Assembly: GCA_965221165.1 (NCBI GenBank)
Contig: CBDCRP010000002.1
Location: forward strand, 288,001 to 352,000
Reading direction: 5' to 3'
Origin: a bacterium
Lineage (GTDB): Bacteria > UBA8248
DNA: 64,000 bases
The position numbers and the translations under genes are program-made. This document shows, piece after piece, positions 45,619-55,496 of this stretch. Numbering within the stretch: the stretch's first letter is position 1; every line of letters begins with the position of its first letter. The notes under the pieces were generated by a model, which searched no databases, was not told the DNA's origin, and was given only the letters and a program-made list of their open reading frames with translations.

Positions 45619-46632
45619 TCACCCTTCCAGGAATAGCTGAACCTCGCTCAAAAGCTCCATCCTGCGTTTTTCCAGTTCCATGAAATGCGTGCCGTCGTTG
45701 ATGATGACGTAGCGCTTGCCCCGGCTGTTACAGAGCGCCATATACAGCCCCCAGGCTTCCGGATCGGCCGAGGCGCCGTCCTGGTCTCCCCGGATGAGAA
45801 GAACGGGACACGTTATTTTGCTCGCATCATAGTAGGGTTTGTTTCTCGCCCGATCATATAAATCCGCCAGGGAGCCGTTCGCCAACCGAAACGCGGGCGT
45901 CTTGCGCTTGGCCCCCTCCGGGTCATAGCAGAGGAGTTCCCGGAAATACGCCTTGAGCACCTTGGGCTCGCGCCATTTGTGGTGAGCGTCCCCTGGTATA
46001 TGACCCCACCATCGTTTGTGCACGTCTTTTTCCGTACACCAGGACCAGGCGCCTCGCCTCGCGTCGAATTCCCCGGGTTTTCGGGGGTCTTCCATCTGTT
46101 TCGCGCGCACGGGATTGTCATAGGCGTAATAGGGCGCATACAGCACGAGCTTTTGCACATGGGCCATATTATCGGCCGCGTAGGCCGGCCCCGTCGTCGT
46201 CCCCCATGAACGGCCCAGAACGCTGAGCTTGTTCACGCCCCGCTGCTCGCAAATGAAGTCGACCGCCGCCTTGATGTCCCTCACGGCCACCTTGCCCGGA
46301 ATCGCGGGAGGCTTGCCTCCGGGGCTTGTGCGCATCTCCTGCGGCCAGGTCGATTCGCCAAAACCCCGAATCGAGAGCGCAAAAACATCGAACCCGCGCG
46401 AGGCGATGTAATCCATCCAGGAATAGCCGGGAACCGGGAGATCATAGGCCACGGGGCCGGGCGCCATTCGTCCGTGCACGATGAGGAGCGTGGCCTGAGC
46501 CTCGAATTTCTTCTTGCCCTTCGTGCGCTTTTCTCTCAGGTGCAGCCTGATGCCGGGATCGAGCGAATCAATATTGTGATCGATTCGCTCCACTCCCCCC
46601 GAAGCCACATTCTTTCGTGGTGAAGCGCCCAA
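45619..46632 (-). CDS. Alpha/beta fold hydrolase
   Basis: LIVHG, RGFGES, GRSWG nucleophile elbow, LLIRGDQD, GTHF. Confidence 0.88.
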   Translation of the reverse strand: MGASPRKNVASGGVERIDHNIDSLDPGIRLHLREKRTKGKKKFEAQATLLIVHGRMAPGPVAYDLPVPGYSWMDYIASRGFDVFALSIRGFGESTWPQEMRTSPGGKPPAIPGKVAVRDIKAAVDFICEQRGVNKLSVLGRSWGTTTGPAYAADNMAHVQKLVLYAPYYAYDNPVRAKQMEDPRKPGEFDARRGAWSWCTEKDVHKRWWGHIPGDAHHKWREPKVLKAYFRELLCYDPEGAKRKTPAFRLANGSLADLYDRARNKPYYDASKITCPVLLIRGDQDGASADPEAWGLYMALCNSRGKRYVIINDGTHFMELEKRRMELLSEVQLFLEG

Positions 46633-46644
46633 GCCCAGATTCCC

Positions 46645-47592
46645 TTAATTTTTCAGATGAGAATAATCCTGATCATACGCGGGCGGCAGCGCCCCACCTC
46701 GCCCCAGAACGACATGGAGCTTGCCCCATCCCCGGCCTGAATTGCGAAACCCGCGCGTGACGCCCGCAGGCGCCCAACACATGTCCCATGGTCCGAGAAT
46801 TTCCTGATGCGACTCCCCCGTCTCATCCACCCAGGACACCGTCCAGTCGCTCTCCAGGGGGATAAAGGCCTCTTCCAAATCCAGATGATCGTGCAGCGGA
46901 GCGCCCGAGCCCACCCGGTTTTCGTTGATGACGAAGGAGAACTCACCCTCCGGCAGGGAGGGGGGCGGACCCACGCCCTCGAGTTCACCGCCCACGTGTC
47001 CCACGTAGCGCCGAATCCCCCGCACGCCCTCGGGCAGGGAGGCTTCATAATAAACCTGAAAATTCATGGGGCATTCATCATAACGCACCACCTGGGTAAG
47101 GGGATCGACGAAAGAGGCGCTCTCGCTCGCCGCGCCCTTCCCTTCTCCCTGATACACGGGCGGCTCATACGCGCCGCGCCCGTGAATGTAGTAGAGAAAG
47201 CCATCGTCATCTCCACAATTCTTATAACCCCGCATGACGCCCGCCGGCATCCGGATGGCGTCATAGCGCCCGAGTTCTACGGTTCTGATTTCCCCGTCGC
47301 GCGCATCGGCCCAAACCACTTCGAACGCACCCTCCCACACCATGAAAACCTCTTCGAACCCATGGCTGTGCAGGGGGGCGCCGTTCCCGGGGGGGGCCAT
47401 CACAATCCCGTTGGCGAACTCCCAGCCGGGGAGCGCCGCTCTGGGCTCCTTATCCCTCGGCCCCCCGATATAGCGATAAACGGCCCGATGGTGCCCTTCT
47501 TCACGCGCATCGGGCGATGAGCCCCAGTCGGGCATGATTTCCGCGAAACGCACTATCGTAGTGGGTACGGCTTTGGAAATATGTTTCGTCAT
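46645..47592 (-). CDS. Tandem cupin (bicupin) protein
   Basis: Two repeats: GNGAPLHSH.FEE...PAGVMRGYKN and GSGAPLHDH..LEE...PAGVTRGFRN. Confidence 0.8.
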   Translation of the reverse strand: MTKHISKAVPTTIVRFAEIMPDWGSSPDAREEGHHRAVYRYIGGPRDKEPRAALPGWEFANGIVMAPPGNGAPLHSHGFEEVFMVWEGAFEVVWADARDGEIRTVELGRYDAIRMPAGVMRGYKNCGDDDGFLYYIHGRGAYEPPVYQGEGKGAASESASFVDPLTQVVRYDECPMNFQVYYEASLPEGVRGIRRYVGHVGGELEGVGPPPSLPEGEFSFVINENRVGSGAPLHDHLDLEEAFIPLESDWTVSWVDETGESHQEILGPWDMCWAPAGVTRGFRNSGRGWGKLHVVLGRGGALPPAYDQDYSHLKN

Positions 47593-47617
47593 CTTCAGCA
47601 CCTCGCCGGTTATAAGG

Positions 47618-48973
47618 TTATGGGAGGGTCGCTTCGCGATATAAACCCTCCGCCTCATACGCCTCATCGAGCAAGACGACGGGATGCACCACCCGAAGGT
47701 CCATATCCCGCTCGCGGGCGCCGAACGCTATTTGAATCTGACAACCAGGGTTGCCCGTGCAGACCACGGGCGCTTCAGAGTCTTTCACGTGCCCCATTTT
47801 TCTGTCGAGAAGCTGCATGGAAATCTCCGTCTGCGTGAGATTGTAGCTGCCTGCGGAGCCGCAGCACCAATCGCTCTCCTTGAGAGGCACCACCTCGACG
47901 TTGCGAATCGCGGAAAGAACATCGAGCGGCTCCTTGCGGACCTTGAGTGCGTGAAACAGATGGCACGGGTGGTGATACGCGATTTTCCGGGGCTCCGGGT
48001 GCGCTGCTTCCCGGACGCCGATTCTCGAGAGAAACACGGTGACGTCCATCGCCTTGTCGCTGAACGCCTTCGCGCGGCTTGAATATACGGGATTATCCGC
48101 AAGCAAATCCTGATATTCATGGAGCATGGCCCCACAGCCGGATACGGCCAGTATGACGGCGTCGAACTCTCCCGCGTCGATGGCATCGAGATTCTCGCGC
48201 GCGAGGATTCTCGCCGCCTCCCTGTCTCCGGCATGGGCTTGCAGCGCGCCGCAGCAGGTCTGCGCGGCGGGGAACACGACGCGCACGCCGTTCGCCGCCA
48301 ACGTGCGTATGGCGGCCCTGTTCACATCTCCGAACAGGGTGGATTGAATGCACCCGCCGAAGAAGGCGACGCGGTGTTTTTCCTCTCCGACGGGCGCTAC
48401 TTCGGGGGGAAGAGCCCGCATCGAGGATATGGGCGGAGCTTCCGGCATCATGGGCTCGAGCGCGGCCAGCTTTTTGGGCAAAAGGCCCAGGCTCTTCACC
48501 ATGCCCTTCAAAAACGTGGTCTGGTACAATCTGGTGGCCACGCCCGCCAGATTGAGCAACGTTCTGTTGGGCAGAAGCCAGCGGAAGAGGATTCTCCTCA
48601 AAACCCGCACCGACAAAGGGCGTTTTCGTACCTTTTCGAGTCCTTCGCGCGCCGCCTCTATCAAAGAACCATAGGGCACGCCCGATGGGCACGCCGTCTC
48701 GCAGGCGCGGCAATCCAGGCATCGATCAAGGTGTTTCATCACCGTCTCGTTCGGCGCCATCTCGCCGTCCGCCACCAGGCGCATGAGGTAGATTCTCCCC
48801 CGGGGGGAGTCCATCTCGTTGCCGAGCAGCGTGAAGGTCGGGCAACTCGTGCCGCAGAATCCGCAGTGGATACACCGCTGAATCATCCGCCTGTCGGGAG
48901 CGTCCGGTCCGACGAAAGGGTTCTCGTATTCAGGAAAAACCTGCGCGAAACCTACTTTTTCACCTGTCGCCAC
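47618..48973 (-). CDS. glcF: Glycolate oxidase Fe-S subunit GlcF-like
   Basis: CIHCGFC...CPT, DSPRGRI, CLDCRACETACPSGV, two CCG domains, NPGC. Confidence 0.9.
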   Translation of the reverse strand: MATGEKVGFAQVFPEYENPFVGPDAPDRRMIQRCIHCGFCGTSCPTFTLLGNEMDSPRGRIYLMRLVADGEMAPNETVMKHLDRCLDCRACETACPSGVPYGSLIEAAREGLEKVRKRPLSVRVLRRILFRWLLPNRTLLNLAGVATRLYQTTFLKGMVKSLGLLPKKLAALEPMMPEAPPISSMRALPPEVAPVGEEKHRVAFFGGCIQSTLFGDVNRAAIRTLAANGVRVVFPAAQTCCGALQAHAGDREAARILARENLDAIDAGEFDAVILAVSGCGAMLHEYQDLLADNPVYSSRAKAFSDKAMDVTVFLSRIGVREAAHPEPRKIAYHHPCHLFHALKVRKEPLDVLSAIRNVEVVPLKESDWCCGSAGSYNLTQTEISMQLLDRKMGHVKDSEAPVVCTGNPGCQIQIAFGARERDMDLRVVHPVVLLDEAYEAEGLYREATLP

Positions 48974-48987
48974 TTACTTCTCCCACC

Positions 48988-50367
48988 TTACATCCGGCCT
49001 AAGAAGCGGCCGGGACTCAAAATTCCTTTCGGGTCATATGTCTTCTTGATGTTCCGCATCACCTGCAACGCCGCGGGTTCGAGCGCGTCCTCACCCCATA
49101 CGGATATCTGCTTTTTAAGCAAATCCGGCCCGGAATCCATACGCAGATGCACGGAACGCGCTTCTTTTGCATCCCTCCCCTCCCTGCAAAGAGAGGAAAA
49201 GGCGCGCCACGCCTCAAGCCCTGAGGATTCCGCATCCTCAGGCGCAAGCCAGCACCTCAACACGCCACTGCCCGCGTGCGCCGAAATCGCGCAGCGATAT
49301 TTCCCCGCCCCGGCGGCTTGCCTCGTCGCCTCCGCAAAGCGGGGCAGCTGATCGAGACGGCCCGAGGCCCTGAGAACAAGCGCCTCGGCGTTTGAGAAAT
49401 CCCCTCCGGGAGGATCGGCCAGGGCGCGGCCCAGGCGCGCGGTTTCCCCATCATCAAGACGCAAAATTTCATCCCCGCCCTCTTTCGCGAGAATTTCCTC
49501 GAACCGGGTCATCTGATCTTTCAATCCCTCTTCAAAATCACCGAAAGCAGCCACCAGGCACACGGGACCGGGCAAGTCGATTCCTCCCCCCGTTGCCGGC
49601 GAGGCGATGCGCTTATCGTTCAATACCTCTACCCACACGGGCATAAGGGGCGAGGCCATCAGCGCCCTTGCGGCCTTGAACGCGGCATCGGCGGACCCGA
49701 AACTAGCAGCCCTCGCCCCGATATACTCAGGGGCCTTATACAGGCGAATCGCCAACTCGGTGACGACGGCCAGCGTCCCCCAGCTTCCCGACAAGAGACG
49801 GTTCATGTCGTAGCCGGTGACGTTTTTCACCACCAGCGCGCCATAGGTGTGGGTCGCACCATCGGCCAACGCCACCTTCATGCGCATGACGCGGTCCCGC
49901 GCCTTGCCCCAGCGCACCCGCATGGGACCCGAACGATCCGCGATAATGGTTCCTCCCACCGTGGAGGTTCCCGGATGCGAAGGGTCGAGGCCCGCCGTCT
50001 GGTCTTCGGCCCCCGTCAACCTATTAAGAGCTTCGACGCTCATCCCCGCTTCCATCACGGCGGTGAGGTCGTCTTTGAGAAACTCCACCGCCTTCGACAT
50101 GCGCTCCAAAGAGAGAGCCACGTCGTACTTCGCAGGCGCATACCCCGTTCCCCTGCCGGTGCCTCCTCCCCAGGGGAATACGGCCAGGCCCGCTTCGTTC
50201 GCGCGCGCGAGGACGCGGCATAAGGCTTCGTGATCGGCGGGACTCACCACGACCGAGGGCGTCTTGCCCCCCAGTTTGAACGACTCCGCCCTTTCGTCCG
50301 ACAAGAGAACGGAATCGCCTACGTCTGCTTCTACCGATTGAGCGAACGAATCGAGTGTCAGGGCCAT
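48988..50367 (-). CDS. glcE: FAD-binding oxidoreductase GlcE-like
   Basis: GGGT, DP..TVGG, VVKNVTGYD, GSWGTL, YDPKGILSPGR; lies between glcD and glcF. Confidence 0.85.
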   Translation of the reverse strand: MALTLDSFAQSVEADVGDSVLLSDERAESFKLGGKTPSVVVSPADHEALCRVLARANEAGLAVFPWGGGTGRGTGYAPAKYDVALSLERMSKAVEFLKDDLTAVMEAGMSVEALNRLTGAEDQTAGLDPSHPGTSTVGGTIIADRSGPMRVRWGKARDRVMRMKVALADGATHTYGALVVKNVTGYDMNRLLSGSWGTLAVVTELAIRLYKAPEYIGARAASFGSADAAFKAARALMASPLMPVWVEVLNDKRIASPATGGGIDLPGPVCLVAAFGDFEEGLKDQMTRFEEILAKEGGDEILRLDDGETARLGRALADPPGGDFSNAEALVLRASGRLDQLPRFAEATRQAAGAGKYRCAISAHAGSGVLRCWLAPEDAESSGLEAWRAFSSLCREGRDAKEARSVHLRMDSGPDLLKKQISVWGEDALEPAALQVMRNIKKTYDPKGILSPGRFLGRM

Positions 50368-50374
50368 GGTTTTC

Positions 50375-51820
50375 CTACTTCGTCATCCCGCCGCCCATCC
50401 TGGCGACGCCGCCGCCGAGAGCAACCGGAAACACGTTGTCCTCATCGGGTATCAGTTTGCCGGGGTTCATCAGGCCATCCTCGTCGATGGCGTCGCGCAC
50501 GCGCTCCATGATCTCGAGCGTGGGTTCATCGAACTGGTCCTTCATCTCTCTGATCTTCTCGATGCCGATGCCGTGCTCGCCCGAGAGCACGCCCCCTGCG
50601 CGTATACATGCGCGAAGCACCTCCGCCCCGCATTCTATCGCCCGTTCCGTCTCACCGGGGACCCCATCGTCGAACAAGACGTTGGGATGCAGGCTCCCGT
50701 CCCCGGCATGGAAGACGTTGGTGATGCGCAAATCAAAACGGGAGGAAATCTCGTCGAATTCCTCCAGCACCTGCGCCAGCTTCGAGCGGGGAACCGTGCC
50801 ATCCAGACAATAATAGGTAGGAGCGATCACCCCGAAGGCGCCGAACGCCTTTTTTCGGCCCATCCAAAGGCTCTCGCGCTCCTCTTCTGTCTGCGCGATC
50901 CGGAACGAAGAGCAATTGTTCTTCTCGCTCACCTCGCGAATGAGGGCTTCGAGCGGTCTGATGGAAGACGGCAGGCCGTCGAGTTCGATCAGCAAGACGG
51001 CCTCGGCATCCTTGGGATAACCCGCCTGCACCACCATCTCGACCGCCTCGATGGTGTAGCGATCCATCAACTCCATCGCAGCGGGCACGGCCCCCGCCGC
51101 AATGACGTCGCTCACCGTCCGGCACGCATCCCCCACTTTTGCAAAACACACGAGCATGGTGCGCACGCTCTCGGGGTTCGGCGTGAGCCGCACGGTGAGT
51201 TCCGTGATGACGGCGAAAGTGCCCTCCGAGCCGATGAAGAATCCGCGCAGGTCGAAACCCGGCGTCTCCTCCCCGTCCGCACCGAGATGCACCACCTCGC
51301 CCGTGGGCAGGACGACGGTCATCTCCATGATGTGGTTCGTCGTCATCCCGTACTTGAGGCAATGCGCGCCGCCCGAGTTCTCCGCCGCGTTGCCGCCGAT
51401 AGTGCAGGCCGCCTGGCTGGAAGGATCGGGCGCGTAATGAAAGCCATGCGGCAGCGTTTCGTGAGAGAGATGAAGGTTCACGACCCCGGGCTGCACGCGG
51501 GCGAGGCGGTTTTCATAGTCGAGTTCCAGAATCTTGTTCATCCTTGTAAAGACGATGAGCACGCCGCCCGGCAGGGGCGTCGCGCCACCCGAGAGGCCCG
51601 TGCCCGCTCCCCTGGCAATCAGGGGTACCCGGTATTCGCGGCAGACTTCGACGACTCGCCGGACTTCCTCGGTGTTCTCGGGCAATACGACGGCCGATGG
51701 CACGCCCTTGTAAATCGTGAGTCCATCGCAATCATACGTCCTGAGCGCCACCGGATCGGTGTGGATGAATTCCTCCCCCACCGCTTCCGTCAATTTTTGA
51801 ATGAACCCGGCGCTATCCAC
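50375..51820 (-). CDS. glcD: Glycolate oxidase subunit GlcD-like
   Basis: RGAGTGLSGG, PDPSSQ..CTIGGN..ENSGG, GSEGT, HAGDG, GEHGIG.EK. Confidence 0.93.
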   Translation of the reverse strand: MDSAGFIQKLTEAVGEEFIHTDPVALRTYDCDGLTIYKGVPSAVVLPENTEEVRRVVEVCREYRVPLIARGAGTGLSGGATPLPGGVLIVFTRMNKILELDYENRLARVQPGVVNLHLSHETLPHGFHYAPDPSSQAACTIGGNAAENSGGAHCLKYGMTTNHIMEMTVVLPTGEVVHLGADGEETPGFDLRGFFIGSEGTFAVITELTVRLTPNPESVRTMLVCFAKVGDACRTVSDVIAAGAVPAAMELMDRYTIEAVEMVVQAGYPKDAEAVLLIELDGLPSSIRPLEALIREVSEKNNCSSFRIAQTEEERESLWMGRKKAFGAFGVIAPTYYCLDGTVPRSKLAQVLEEFDEISSRFDLRITNVFHAGDGSLHPNVLFDDGVPGETERAIECGAEVLRACIRAGGVLSGEHGIGIEKIREMKDQFDEPTLEIMERVRDAIDEDGLMNPGKLIPDEDNVFPVALGGGVARMGGGMTK

Positions 51821-51918
51821 CTCAAAACCCTCGCAGCGCTTCCTGAATCAAGAAAAACCCTTTAGAGTGTCGCCATTATACCCATGCTTCAGAAAAAAAC
51901 GAAGAGAAAGGCGACTTC

Positions 51919-53220
51919 TTGGACAAGTCCGGCGGTCCCACCCCGGTTTCCGGCTATTCTTCCAGACCCGGGAGAACGAGCGGTTTATATTATGGATGGG
52001 TGATCGTCGGCTTATCGTTCTTCACCATGGCCTTCCACATTTCGGCCAGTTTTTCTTTTTCCCTGTTTCAGGTCCCTCTGATTGAAGAATTCGGCTGGAG
52101 CAGAGGCGCCCTGGGCGGCGCATTCGCCGTGAGCATGAGCCTCTATGCCATCTGTAATCCCAAGGCGGGATCCATTCTGGAGAGAAAAGGCCCCAGGGCC
52201 CTGATTCCATGGGGTTCGGTCTCGATTGGCCTGGGACTCATGCTGGGCTTTTTCATCTCATCTCTTTGGCATGTGTATCTCTTTATTGGTGTTCTAATCG
52301 GCCTGGGGCTTTCGATGAGCGGCTTCGTGACGCACAGCGCGCTCCTGCCGCGATGGTTCTTCAGAAACCGGGGTCTGGCGGCGGGCATCGCTATCTCTGG
52401 CATCGGCATCGGCTCATTCATCCTGATGCCCACCATCGAAAGACTCATCGCCAACTTCGGCTGGCGCTACGCCTACCTGATTTTCGGCGCCTCGATACTT
52501 CTCATCATCCTGCCGCTCAAAATACTCCTGCTCAGAAATCATCCCTCCGACGTGGGTCAGAACATCGACGGCGTATCGGACGCAGAAGCCGCCGGGTTTC
52601 CGAAATCACCCGCCTCCCAATCGCAAAAAGTGGGAGAAGTATTCCAGCGTATAAAAGGGGAGAAAAATTTCTGGGCATTGACGATCCTCGTTTTCGTCAT
52701 CGGCCTGAACAACAACTCCATCTGGAGCCAGCTTCAGATACTCTTCGTCGACGCGAATTTCAGCACCGCCTTCGGCGCTTTCGTTTTCGGGCTCACGGGC
52801 GCTATCCGGATTCTGGGCAGCGTGGTCCTTGGTTGGGCAAGCGATCGCATGCCGCGCAAAAGGGCCCAGGCCATCGCCCTTTTCCTGTCGGGAATCGGCG
52901 TCCTCATCTTGCTTCTCGTGCCCTATATGGGCAACGGCGTCGTCCTCGCCTTTTTGTTCGCCGCCATCTACGGCTTCGGCGTCGGCGGCATGACGGCATG
53001 CTATGCGGCCATGACCGCGGACGCCTACGGCGGGCGCTCGTTCGCCGTCATCATCGGATTGCTGGAAATCTCTTTCGGACTCGGGGGATTCATCGGCCCC
53101 CCGATGGCGGGCTTCATGTTCGACTACACGGGAAGCTATGTTCTGCCCTTCTGCATCGTGGTCATTTTCCAGGCGGTTGCCCTCCTCGTCTGTCAGTTCG
53201 TCTACAGCACCGAGAAGTAA
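51919..53220 (+). CDS. MFS transporter (OFA/MCT-like)
   Basis: YYGWVIV, EFGWSRG, WF..RGLA.GI, GWR, GWASDR. Confidence 0.9.
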   Translation: MDKSGGPTPVSGYSSRPGRTSGLYYGWVIVGLSFFTMAFHISASFSFSLFQVPLIEEFGWSRGALGGAFAVSMSLYAICNPKAGSILERKGPRALIPWGSVSIGLGLMLGFFISSLWHVYLFIGVLIGLGLSMSGFVTHSALLPRWFFRNRGLAAGIAISGIGIGSFILMPTIERLIANFGWRYAYLIFGASILLIILPLKILLLRNHPSDVGQNIDGVSDAEAAGFPKSPASQSQKVGEVFQRIKGEKNFWALTILVFVIGLNNNSIWSQLQILFVDANFSTAFGAFVFGLTGAIRILGSVVLGWASDRMPRKRAQAIALFLSGIGVLILLLVPYMGNGVVLAFLFAAIYGFGVGGMTACYAAMTADAYGGRSFAVIIGLLEISFGLGGFIGPPMAGFMFDYTGSYVLPFCIVVIFQAVALLVCQFVYSTEK

Positions 53221-53230
53221 GACACATCTC

Positions 53231-54508
53231 ATGAGACAAAGAAAAAACACCCGCCCCTGGATTTACTACGGGTGGATAATCGTCGGCACGTCTTTCACCG
53301 CGATGGCGTTTCATCAAGCGGCGCGTTATTCCTTTTCCATCTTTCAGGTTCCCTTAATCGAAGAATTCGGCTGGGGGCGCGGCGCCCTGGGCGGCGCCTA
53401 CGCCCTGATGCTGGGCAGCTACGCGATGTTCAGCCCCATCATGGGGAACCTGTTCGACAAAAAAGGAGCGCGCGCGATCATGCCCTGGGGTTCGGTGTTC
53501 GTGGGCACAGGCTTCGTCCTCGCGTATTTCATCAGCGAACTCTGGCACGTCTACCTCGTCCCCTGCCTGTTCGTGGGAATCGGAATGGCGCTCAGCGGCT
53601 TCGCGCTGCACAGCGCTATCATGCCGCAGTGGTTTCAGAGAAAGCGGGGCCTCGCCACGGGCTTGGCCCTCTCGGGCAGCGGGACGGGAATTCTCCTCTT
53701 CATCCCGCTTATCGAATGGCTCATCTCCACCAAGGGCTGGCGACTGACTTATCTGATTTTCGGCCTGGCCGTGCTGTTCATCGTGGTCCCCCTCACGGCG
53801 CTACTACTCAGAAAAGGGCCCGAGGAAGTGGGCCAATACATCGATGGGAAATCCGAACCTCCGTCCGATTCACGCCAAAAACCAGGCGAAAAATCGCCCA
53901 GCCCGCCTTTACTCCAGGTATTTCGCCAGGTCTATAAGGAAAAAAATTTCTGGACGCTCCTCATCGTCGTCTTCATCATCGGGTTGAACAACAATTCGGT
54001 ACTGAGCCAACTCCAGCTATTTCTGGTGGACGCCGAATACGGCACGGCTCTGGCGGCCTTCTTTTTCGGGATGCTGGGCGCGATTCGGATGCTGGGCACC
54101 TTTTCGGTGGGCTGGCTGAGCGATTCCATCGGCAGGCAGCGCGCCCAGGCCCTCTCGTCTTTCATCACGGTCTGCGGAATAGCAATTCTGCTCTCCATCC
54201 CCCATGTGTCGTCGAAAATCCTGATGGGCTGGGTTTTCATATTCGTCTACGGAATTGGCCTCGGGGGGATGAGCGTATGCCATTCATCCATGTCCGCAGA
54301 TGCGTTCAGAGGCCCCTCGTTCGGGGCCACCATCGGACTGCTCGAAATTTTCTTTGGCCTCGGGGGATTCATCGGCCCCCCGCTGGCGGGCTTCATTTTC
54401 GACTATACGGGAAGCTACATGATCCCCTTCGTCGGGATATCGATCGGCCTGTTGTTCTGCATCTTCATGTGCCTGTTCGTCTATGAAACGCCGCGAGGAG
54501 CCTCATGA
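53231..54508 (+). CDS. MFS transporter, paralog of the upstream gene
   Basis: YYGWIIV, FQVPLIEEFGWGRGALGGA, GWLSDSIGR, FDYTGSY. Confidence 0.9.
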   Translation: MRQRKNTRPWIYYGWIIVGTSFTAMAFHQAARYSFSIFQVPLIEEFGWGRGALGGAYALMLGSYAMFSPIMGNLFDKKGARAIMPWGSVFVGTGFVLAYFISELWHVYLVPCLFVGIGMALSGFALHSAIMPQWFQRKRGLATGLALSGSGTGILLFIPLIEWLISTKGWRLTYLIFGLAVLFIVVPLTALLLRKGPEEVGQYIDGKSEPPSDSRQKPGEKSPSPPLLQVFRQVYKEKNFWTLLIVVFIIGLNNNSVLSQLQLFLVDAEYGTALAAFFFGMLGAIRMLGTFSVGWLSDSIGRQRAQALSSFITVCGIAILLSIPHVSSKILMGWVFIFVYGIGLGGMSVCHSSMSADAFRGPSFGATIGLLEIFFGLGGFIGPPLAGFIFDYTGSYMIPFVGISIGLLFCIFMCLFVYETPRGAS

Positions 54509-54520
54509 GCGTGTCGGGCA

Positions 54521-55345
54521 TCAAAAGGGCCTGCTCAACACCTCCAGGACTTTGGTGGCCTTCGCCCTGTCTCCTTCGATGCGGAGACGGCCCGTTCTTT
54601 CCTTATCCTCCAGACTCGCCCGCCCCGTGGTGAGTAGAACCAGGTCGCTCCCGCCGCATACAACGCGCGCGTCACAATCCGCAAGCTCTGAAAACACGAT
54701 TTCAGGATGCCCCATTTCGACATGCAAGGCCCATTTCCGCTCAGGATTTTTCGTCTCGAAGCAGATGGTTCCGCCGAAATCCTTATCTCCCCTCGCCCTG
54801 AAAAAGATGGGGAAGCGCTCCGACAGGCAATCCACGGCCATGGGAAGTGCCTGGGAGTGTAAATCCCCATCAGGCTGATTCCTGATATCCCAATCATGCA
54901 GGATCAACTCGTACAGCCTTTGTCCCGGAAACGTGCGAATCGGGCACGGCGCGAGCCAATGCCACGCGTCTTTATCCACATCATCGGACCCAATCCCCTC
55001 GAAGATTCCTTGTAATCGCCATACGGCTTCAGAAAAGGCGCGTATCCGCTCATCGGCGGAAAGCGCAACGAGTTCATCCCCCACTTTTTTCCGGTACGCC
55101 CAAAACGATTCCAAATCCATGGCGCCGAAAGGCATTTCCAGACGCCCGGCGGCGCCCGCGGGGATGACGTGCGCATAAAAACGCGCGCCGAGCGTCATAT
55201 GCGCCACCACGTCGGACACACACCAGCCCGGACAAAAAGTGGGTGCGCGCCACTGTTGCTCATTCAAATTTCGCAAGCTTGCAATGAACCTGTGGTTTTC
55301 CTTCGCCACCCGGGATAAGACGTGAACGAGGGGAGCCAGAGTCAT
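54521..55345 (-). CDS. MDMPI/DinB-like maleylpyruvate isomerase family protein with C-terminal SCP2-like region
   Basis: W.APTFCPGWCVSDVVAH, ELILHDWDI, C-terminal GRLRIEGD. Confidence 0.8.
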   Translation of the reverse strand: MTLAPLVHVLSRVAKENHRFIASLRNLNEQQWRAPTFCPGWCVSDVVAHMTLGARFYAHVIPAGAAGRLEMPFGAMDLESFWAYRKKVGDELVALSADERIRAFSEAVWRLQGIFEGIGSDDVDKDAWHWLAPCPIRTFPGQRLYELILHDWDIRNQPDGDLHSQALPMAVDCLSERFPIFFRARGDKDFGGTICFETKNPERKWALHVEMGHPEIVFSELADCDARVVCGGSDLVLLTTGRASLEDKERTGRLRIEGDRAKATKVLEVLSRPF

Positions 55346-55496
55346 AAAATTCTACCCTTGCACTCGGTAATACTGGAACCTGGGTCTCCGCGCATGTCGG
55401 CGCAAACAAGCAGAAAAACTTTGGGAGACAACGACTTTTGGAATGAAACGAGACATTTTTCAGCCAATCGTTCAGAAATGCGAAATTTCATCCACA

